A stretch of 64,000 nt of DNA from an uncultured delta proteobacterium (lineage in GTDB: Bacteria > Desulfobacterota > Desulfomonilia > UBA1062), in the NCBI GenBank assembly GCA_963798485.1, contig CAWCTR010000014.1:1-64000 (forward strand), written 5' to 3'. Below are positions 57,547 to 64,000 of this stretch, piece after piece (position 1 is the stretch's first letter; each line of letters starts with the position of its first letter). Position numbers and translations under genes: made by a program. A model generated the notes under the pieces. The model was not told where the DNA came from, did not search any database, and worked only from the letters and a program-made list of their open reading frames with translations.

Positions 57547-59010
57547 CTGGAGTTTCCTGAGTTTTATCACTGAACAGTAGATAACCTATTGAAATAAAGT
57601 AAGAAGCTTATTTTATCAAGATAACAACGTCTAAGCGTAAAAGATTCCTGAGATTCACCGGCTGATATGGTAGAAAGTAGCTCACATACAGGAGATGGAG
57701 ACGATATGGCCGGGAACTCCAGGATAGCAGCGGATATAAAAGGGCAGATAACGAGATTCTCAGGAATCATTTCCAAGGGATTACCCAAGTCGAAGCAGAA
57801 GCTCATTCGAGAGATGGTGTATGGGATACAGGCCGGGAAGGATATCAAGTTGTCCAGTGTGAGTCGTAGCCTGAATGAGGCCATGCCCCTGATCAAGACG
57901 GAGGACCGGTTATCGAGGAATCTGGATGATCGGGATTTTACGGATGCGATCAACCATGAGATATGCCGCCTTGGGAGCACGAAGGTGCTTGATGATATGG
58001 TGATAGCCATAGATCCTGGAGATATCCGTAAGAAGTATGCCTCGAAGATGGAGTGTCTCTGCAAGGTACATGATGGAAGTGAACATGAGATTGGTGAGGG
58101 GTACTGGCTCTGCAAAGGAGTGGCCGCGGACATTGAGCATAAGAAGGTGATACCGTTGTACCTGGAGGCATATTCGCAGGAAGCCGAGGATTTCAAGAGC
58201 GAGAACGATCAGCTCTTCAAAGTGATCGACACCGTGAGCTCCCATGTGGGGAGCAAAGGTATCTATGCCATCGACCGCGGAGGGGACAGGGGTAAGCTCT
58301 ATGACAAATTTCTTGAAAAGGGGAAGGCGAAGCGGTTTGTGATCCGTCTTAAGAAGAACAGAGATCTCATCCATAAAGGCGTCAAAAAGAATTGTCACTT
58401 TCTTGCCACGGCCTTGCCCTGTCCGCATGAAGCGGTCATGATCAAGTATGAGGAAGGGAAAGAACGCCAGGCAAGCGTTTTCTACAATGCCGTGGCGGTG
58501 AAACTACCCGGCCATGATGCTCCGTTGTTTCTCGTGGTGGCGAAAGGGTTCGGCAAGGAGCCGATGATGCTTTTGACAAGCTGCCCGGTTCACCTGAAGG
58601 ACCGCGAGACCATCTGGAGAATCGTTGAGATATACCTCACCCGCTGGAAATGCGATGAATCCTTCAGGTACATCAAACAGTGCTACAATCTTGAAGATAT
58701 CCGGGTGCGCCATTACACCAGCATCCGGAACATGGTGGTCCTTGTCCTTGCCGTCAGCTATTTCGCGGCAGTATATTTAGGGGATAACCTGAGACTCAAA
58801 ATGCTGGTTGAGAGAGTGTATATCGTATCCAAGAGGTTCTTCGGCATCCCCACCTTTTTCAATTATGCCATCGCTGATGGGCTCTATAAGCTCCTCTTCT
58901 CCGATAAAACCGGATTCAACAAGACGGCAAAACCAAAATATCCCGAGTTCCAACTGTGCTTCAGCTTCCTGGAGTGAGTGGGGTTAATTTGAAAACTCAG
59001 GAAACTCCAG
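57547..59010 (+). mobile_element. IS4-family insertion sequence, copy 2 (1464 bp), inverted relative to copy 1
   Basis: Same IRs as copy 1; direct repeat GAAAGGTT at 57538-57545 and 59011-59018. Confidence 0.93.
57667..58977 (+). CDS. IS4-family DDE transposase
   Basis: 436 aa; 4 substitutions versus copy 1; likely start at 57706. Confidence 0.9.
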   Translation: MVESSSHTGDGDDMAGNSRIAADIKGQITRFSGIISKGLPKSKQKLIREMVYGIQAGKDIKLSSVSRSLNEAMPLIKTEDRLSRNLDDRDFTDAINHEICRLGSTKVLDDMVIAIDPGDIRKKYASKMECLCKVHDGSEHEIGEGYWLCKGVAADIEHKKVIPLYLEAYSQEAEDFKSENDQLFKVIDTVSSHVGSKGIYAIDRGGDRGKLYDKFLEKGKAKRFVIRLKKNRDLIHKGVKKNCHFLATALPCPHEAVMIKYEEGKERQASVFYNAVAVKLPGHDAPLFLVVAKGFGKEPMMLLTSCPVHLKDRETIWRIVEIYLTRWKCDESFRYIKQCYNLEDIRVRHYTSIRNMVVLVLAVSYFAAVYLGDNLRLKMLVERVYIVSKRFFGIPTFFNYAIADGLYKLLFSDKTGFNKTAKPKYPEFQLCFSFLE

Positions 59011-59395
59011 GAAAGGTTATTATTGCTCGTTCTAACCATATGATATATCGTTATTTTTCTAATGGCATCGACATTGCAACATATTCAGAGGGCCATTACT
59101 TTATATGATAATTACTTAAGCCAATATTTTTAAAGTACTTCAGGGAAAGACCTATACAGAAAGTGAGTGGAGATTTCAGGATGGAAATTAACATAAAACT
59201 TTAGCTTTCTTGAAAAACATAGATCACGTTATATTGCACACGGTCTGATCTGAAGTGTCTTGATTCATAGGTTTCAAACCAAGATCATCATTTTCCAGGC
59301 ACCTCAAGACCGTGGCGAAATCGCAGGATCTACAGTCTTATGTAATCTTCTATGACCAAGTTATCCAGACTAGACTATCCCTAAGCCTATAGCCC

Positions 59396-59953
59396 TCAGA
59401 GTTCTTTACCCATCTGGAAGGCCTGGCCCACTACCTCACCAAGCTTGTGGTAGGTCTCTGAAGAGGTCGAATAGATCAGGGGGTCTACCAAGAGGGCATC
59501 AATCTTCTTCCCCTGCATGCAATCCTGCCGGATATATGCTTGAATGATTTCACCGATTATCAGGGTATGGCTTCCCAGATCAAGGGTATGGAGCAGCTTG
59601 CATTCAAGATTTACCGGGCAATCATCAATGAGCGGGATACGAGGGTCTTCCCCCTTGCTGATGGTAAAAATGCCGGATTTGTCCCTGTCCTTACCGGAAT
59701 AGATTCCGCAGTAATCAACTATTTTCGCCATCTTGCTCGACGGTACATTTACCGAGAAACAATGATTCGCCTCTATCCCCTTAAGGGTATGGCGGCCTTT
59801 ACGTATGGCGACCGATACCGTAGGAGGCTGGTTCGATGCTATGCCGCACCAAGCTACGGTCATGAAATTGGCCTTACCATCCACCTCCGCACCGATAAGC
59901 ACCGAGGGCATGGGGAAAAGGATCGTCCGCGGACCCTGCTTTTGCTTGTTCAT
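59396..59953 (-). CDS. Flavin reductase family protein (flavoredoxin-like)
   Basis: P.P.VLIG....GKANFMTVAW, FSVNVP, DYCG..SG...DK, ECK......GSH...IGEI. Confidence 0.88.
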   Translation of the reverse strand: MNKQKQGPRTILFPMPSVLIGAEVDGKANFMTVAWCGIASNQPPTVSVAIRKGRHTLKGIEANHCFSVNVPSSKMAKIVDYCGIYSGKDRDKSGIFTISKGEDPRIPLIDDCPVNLECKLLHTLDLGSHTLIIGEIIQAYIRQDCMQGKKIDALLVDPLIYSTSSETYHKLGEVVGQAFQMGKEL

Positions 59954-59969
59954 GTGTTGCCTCCTTTCT

Positions 59970-60452
59970 TTACGATTTATACAGCCATTCCAGGGCCTTT
60001 ATATAGACATGGTAGCTTGCCTGGATCATGGATATGATCTCTTCCTTCGTATAAAGACGGCCTTGTCCGATACCGGGGCATTGCAGCAATGCATCGTCCC
60101 AGGCGGAAACAGAGCGCATGTTCTGAAACCAGAAGGGGAAGGTCATGCACTGGATTGGCCTGACAGGATAAATGACGCAGCCGTTCTCATAGAAGATGCA
60201 CCTGCCTCCTTCCGCTTCACGTGCCGTGTAGCCGTCCTTGAAGGGGTCGATCATCCTTTCTGTGAGGACATCAATAGGTATCTCAAGATATGAGGCGATT
60301 CGCTCTGCCTCATCTGGATCTATGAATACTATGCCCGGCTCGCCGGTACAGCATATACCGCATTGGGTACACTGGAACCTGACCCCTTTGTCGAAAAAGT
60401 AACTCCTGTGCCGGAGTGAATCAATAAATCCATCCTTTTTCTTGCTCATCAT
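59970..60452 (-). CDS. YkgJ-family cysteine cluster protein
   Basis: FQCTQCGICC, CIF....C.IY..RP.QC..FPFW, CPGIG. Confidence 0.9.
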   Translation of the reverse strand: MMSKKKDGFIDSLRHRSYFFDKGVRFQCTQCGICCTGEPGIVFIDPDEAERIASYLEIPIDVLTERMIDPFKDGYTAREAEGGRCIFYENGCVIYPVRPIQCMTFPFWFQNMRSVSAWDDALLQCPGIGQGRLYTKEEIISMIQASYHVYIKALEWLYKS

Positions 60453-60641
60453 GATGTCCTAATCTTAATCATATTGTGTCAACCTTTTCATACCACAACC
60501 CTATTATTAAGTCAGGATCATTGCATTGCCTGTTTGAAAAATATAGTGCACAGACGTTATAAAATACCAAAAAAATACTTGCCATTTCATGATAATTCCT
60601 ATACCAACCAATCAGGATATCCAGAAAGGAGAGGTGCTACA

Positions 60642-60815
60642 ATGGCTTACGTAATTACTGATGAATGCATCGCCTGTGGAACTTGCATCGATGAATGTCC
60701 TGTTGAAGCTATCAGTGAGGGTGATGACAAGTACTCCATTGATCCTGAATTATGCACCGATTGCGGTGCCTGTGCGGACGCCTGCCCCACAGATGCGATA
60801 GAACCCGGGGAATAA
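60642..60815 (+). CDS. 2[4Fe-4S] ferredoxin
   Basis: MAYVITDECIACGTCIDECPV...CTDCGACADACP; GGAGAGG RBS. Confidence 0.95.
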   Translation: MAYVITDECIACGTCIDECPVEAISEGDDKYSIDPELCTDCGACADACPTDAIEPGE

Positions 60816-60830
60816 GGATACTTACATCAC

Positions 60831-60860
60831 AAGGCCCGGAGGCTGCAACCTTCGGGCCTT
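60831..60860 (+). terminator. Hairpin/terminator after the ferredoxin gene
   Basis: AAGGCCCGGAGG-CTGCAA-CCTTCGGGCCTT followed by T-rich sequence. Confidence 0.6.
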
Positions 60861-61004
60861 ACAATCTTCCTTTAATTTTTTCTTTATTATCGTTCAGATG
60901 CAGTCTTTTTTCTCTCTCACCCCGACCGAATAAGGTTCCATAGGTGCCATAAAAGCCTACTCATGAAACGCGCGGCTTGGGTTATCCGGAGAATATCGCT
61001 GCTA

Positions 61005-61295
61005 TCAGCCCTTGCTGGTGAGCTTGGCCCTCAGCACATTGGATAGGGAGAAGGTGACCACCTTTCTTGGAGAAATGGTAATCTCCTTAGCGGTCTTCGG
61101 GTTCCGGCCGCGACGTGCCGATTTTTCTCTGATCTTCCATTTACCGAATCCGGATATGCTTACCGGCTCCTTCTTTGAAAGATTCCCCTTGATGATATCG
61201 ATGAATGTCTCGATCCCATCACTGGCCTCTTTCCTGGACAGGCCTGTATTCAGAACGATCTCATCAATGATACCGCTCTTTGTGAGGGTTCCCAT
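61005..61295 (-). CDS. HU/IHF family DNA-binding protein
   Basis: LTK..I, V.ISGFGK, RRGRNPKT..EITI.PR.VV.F. Confidence 0.93.
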   Translation of the reverse strand: MGTLTKSGIIDEIVLNTGLSRKEASDGIETFIDIIKGNLSKKEPVSISGFGKWKIREKSARRGRNPKTAKEITISPRKVVTFSLSNVLRAKLTSKG

Positions 61296-61399
61296 TTGGC
61301 ACTTACCTCCTTTGTGGTCGAGAGATATCTATAACTACATAAAATTATTAATGCAGATACATGCCCATGTCAATGAAGAAAAAGACGGATTTATTCTGA

Positions 61400-62755
61400 T
61401 CAGGACAGGATCTTTAACGCTGCCTTCACATGATCTGCGGCAATGATCTTCATGGCCCTCTGTTCTGAAAGGGTATCCCTGTTGGCATCGGGAATGACAG
61501 CCTGGGTGAAGCCCATTTTCATTGCCTCACGAATGCGCGACTCCATATGGTTCACCGGCCTGAGCTCGCCGGACAGGCCGATCTCCCCGATGAATACCGT
61601 CCCTTTGGGAACAGGCTTATCAAATGCACTTGAGGCAACAGCCATGACAAGGGCAAGGTCGACTGCAGGCTCGGTGACCTTGAACCCGCCAGCAATGTTC
61701 ACCACAATGTCGGACTGGGCCAGAAAAATGCCTGCCCTTTTTTCAAGGACTGCAAGGAGGACTGCCAGGCGGGATTGGTCCGAGCCCATGGCTATCCTCC
61801 GGGGCATACTGAATGTCGTCCTGCTCACCAGGGCCTGGACCTCCACCACAAAGGCCCTGCTGCCCTCGATGGTTGCCATGACCGCGCTGCCGGGAACCTC
61901 TCCACCGAGACCATGGATAAAGATGGAGGAAGGGTCTTTCACCTCGGAAAGCCCGCCGGCCTTCATCTCGAACACCCCGATCTCGCCGCTTGTTCCGAAG
62001 CGGTTCTTTACGGTGCGCACGATACGGTATGCACCGGTATCGTCGCCCTCAAAGGTCAGCACGGTGTCCACCATGTGTTCCAGCATCTTGGGCCCGGCTA
62101 TCCAGCCATCCTTTGTCACATGGCCTACTATGAAGACACTCACCCCTTTGCCCTTGGCTATCTCCATAAGTATCCCGGCACAGTGCCTTATCTGGGATAC
62201 ACCGCCTGGAGGGGCCTCTATGGAGGATGAAAAGATCGACTGGATGGAATCGATGATGACAATATCAAAATTCATGCCCTCTATCTCATCCCTGATCCTC
62301 TCCAGGACTACCTCCGGGTATACCATGATCCCATCAGAATCAATGCCGAGCCTAAGGGCACGGATCTTCAGCTGCGGGGCCGACTCCTCACCGCTTACAT
62401 AAAGAACCCTCATGCCGTTTGCGGCAAGCCGGTGAGCCATTTGGAGCATGAGCGTGGATTTGCCGATGCCCGGATCACCACCGATAAGCACAAATGATCC
62501 GTCAACAACCCCTCCGCCGAGCACCCGGTCGAGTTCGCCGATCCCGCATGCCTTTCTGCAGGTTTCATGGGACGCAATATCTTTAAGATTGATGGGTCTT
62601 GCCTGGCCGGGACTGCGGAGACTGATGTTCTTTTCTTCCTCGATAAAGTCTTCTTCGAGGGTGTTCCAGAGGCCACACTGGTTGCATCTTCCCATAAACT
62701 GCGGGTGCGTGAATCCGCACGATGAGCAGCGAAAGATCTTTTTAGGCTTGGCCAT
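61400..62755 (-). CDS. radA: DNA repair protein RadA/Sms
   Basis: C4 zinc finger, GGDPGIGKSTL, KNRFG, Lon-like C-terminus. Confidence 0.97.
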   Translation of the reverse strand: MAKPKKIFRCSSCGFTHPQFMGRCNQCGLWNTLEEDFIEEEKNISLRSPGQARPINLKDIASHETCRKACGIGELDRVLGGGVVDGSFVLIGGDPGIGKSTLMLQMAHRLAANGMRVLYVSGEESAPQLKIRALRLGIDSDGIMVYPEVVLERIRDEIEGMNFDIVIIDSIQSIFSSSIEAPPGGVSQIRHCAGILMEIAKGKGVSVFIVGHVTKDGWIAGPKMLEHMVDTVLTFEGDDTGAYRIVRTVKNRFGTSGEIGVFEMKAGGLSEVKDPSSIFIHGLGGEVPGSAVMATIEGSRAFVVEVQALVSRTTFSMPRRIAMGSDQSRLAVLLAVLEKRAGIFLAQSDIVVNIAGGFKVTEPAVDLALVMAVASSAFDKPVPKGTVFIGEIGLSGELRPVNHMESRIREAMKMGFTQAVIPDANRDTLSEQRAMKIIAADHVKAALKILS

Positions 62756-64000
62756 TACTGCTGGGTGACCCGCAGGACCTCTTCAATGGTGGTGACCCCG
62801 TCCTCAACCTTTCGTGCACCGTCTTCCCGCAGCGTATGGAGCCCCTCGGCCACGCCCTGTTTCTTGATGATATTGGAATCAGAGGTCTTCAGAATAGTGG
62901 TCTTGATAGCATCACTAATCATAAGGATTTCATAGATACCGGTCCTGCCTTTGTAACCTGTACCGAGACATTCCTTGCATCCGGTGCCCCGCCAGAGAAA
63001 CCCTTCCCTTCCGAGCATCTCCTGGGACAGGCCGATCTCCAAGAGGGTCTCGCTTTCCGGGAAGTACTGCTGTTTGCAGATAGGGCAGATCTTTCGGGCC
63101 AGCCTCTGGGCCACAATGGCATTGACGGACGAGGTGACGAGGAATGGCTCAATGCCCATGTCTATAAGCCTTGTTATGGCGCTGGCCGAATCATTCGTAT
63201 GCAGGGTTGAAAAGACAAGGTGACCGGTGAGTGCGGCCTGGATGGCGATCTCGGCAGTCTCCAGATCGCGGATTTCCCCCACGAGGATAACATCAGGGTC
63301 CTGTCGAACTATGGAGCGAAGCCCCGAGGCAAAGGTAAGGCCGACCTTTGCGTTTACCGGTATCTGGCCGATACCCTTGAGCTGGTACTCGATAGGGTCT
63401 TCTATGGTGAGGATATTCTTGTCTGGGGAGTTGATCTTGTTGAGCATGGAATATAATGACGTCGTCTTGCCGGAACCTGTCGGCCCGGTCACCAGGATGA
63501 TGCCGTGCTCCTGTTTGATGAGGTGCTCTATGATGGCAAGGTCATCCGGATAATATCCAAGCTCTTCCAGGCCTAACAGGACTGAAGACTTATCAAGTAT
63601 CCTCATGACGACCCGCTCGCCGTTAACGGTGGGCACCGTAGAGATCCTCAGGTCTACCGAGTGGTCGCCGAGCTTGATGCCGATCCTACCGTCCTGGGGG
63701 AGGCGCTTCTCTGCGATGTTCAGGGTCGCCATAACCTTGATGCGTGATACCACTGCCGGATGGAGCCTTTTGGGGAGGCTCAGAACGTCGTGCAGGATGC
63801 CGTCCACCCTGAAACGGATCTTCATGTCATTGGGATAAGCCTCGACATGAATATCGGATGCGCGTTCCCGAAACGCCTGTACCATAACCCGGTTCACCAG
63901 GCGGATGATGGGCGCCTCGGTTTCCATGGCCGTGATGTCCTGGATGCTTTCGAGGTCCTTGAGAATCTCGTCTTCTTCCTCCTCGATATCATCCATGATG
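62755..64000 (-). CDS. gspE: Type II secretion / type IV pilus ATPase (GspE/PilB), 5' end outside the window
   Basis: [53 protein letters not shown]. Confidence 0.88.
   Translation of the reverse strand, partial: IMDDIEEEEDEILKDLESIQDITAMETEAPIIRLVNRVMVQAFRERASDIHVEAYPNDMKIRFRVDGILHDVLSLPKRLHPAVVSRIKVMATLNIAEKRLPQDGRIGIKLGDHSVDLRISTVPTVNGERVVMRILDKSSVLLGLEELGYYPDDLAIIEHLIKQEHGIILVTGPTGSGKTTSLYSMLNKINSPDKNILTIEDPIEYQLKGIGQIPVNAKVGLTFASGLRSIVRQDPDVILVGEIRDLETAEIAIQAALTGHLVFSTLHTNDSASAITRLIDMGIEPFLVTSSVNAIVAQRLARKICPICKQQYFPESETLLEIGLSQEMLGREGFLWRGTGCKECLGTGYKGRTGIYEILMISDAIKTTILKTSDSNIIKKQGVAEGLHTLREDGARKVEDGVTTIEEVLRVTQQ

Noticed and set aside
25080-59010. Composite transposon carrying the catabolic cluster
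   Set aside because: Each IS copy has its own separate target-site duplication.

Overview
A 64 kb window from an anaerobic Deltaproteobacteria-like genome (inferred from gene content). From left to right it contains: (1) a 1634-aa NLR/STAND-like protein with an N-terminal Mrr-type nuclease, a P-loop NTPase and a highly conserved, mosaic array of 81-aa (243 bp) helical repeats; (2) a co-oriented run of double transglutaminase, degenerate DnaG-like protein, FAD oxidoreductase, lipoprotein and ABC-F ATPase; (3) a KimA/YdaO-type permease under a c-di-AMP (ydaO-yuaA) riboswitch with a possible leader ORF; (4) a nitroreductase and a DsbA/FrnE protein whose N-terminus carries an in-frame UGA (UPFC) with a SECIS-like hairpin, i.e. 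a probable selenoprotein missed by the ORF track; (5) a sigma54-driven 14-repeat surface protein; (6) two copies of an IS4-family element; (7) a ~21 kb minus-strand catabolic cluster with two atypical acyl-CoA dehydrogenases, three paralogous helical proteins, twin TetRs, two HgdAB/Bcr-like pairs, three ATP-dependent activases, a corrinoid/methyltransferase/AcsB-domain/CooC module, AOR and ferredoxins; (8) tRNA-Thr(CGT), followed by IS110 remnants with a structured non-coding end and an AT-rich glycosylation island bracketed by a repeated terminal motif; (9) housekeeping genes (ferredoxin, IHF/HU, radA, partial gspE/pilB). All calls come from reading the sequence by eye; no searches were run.
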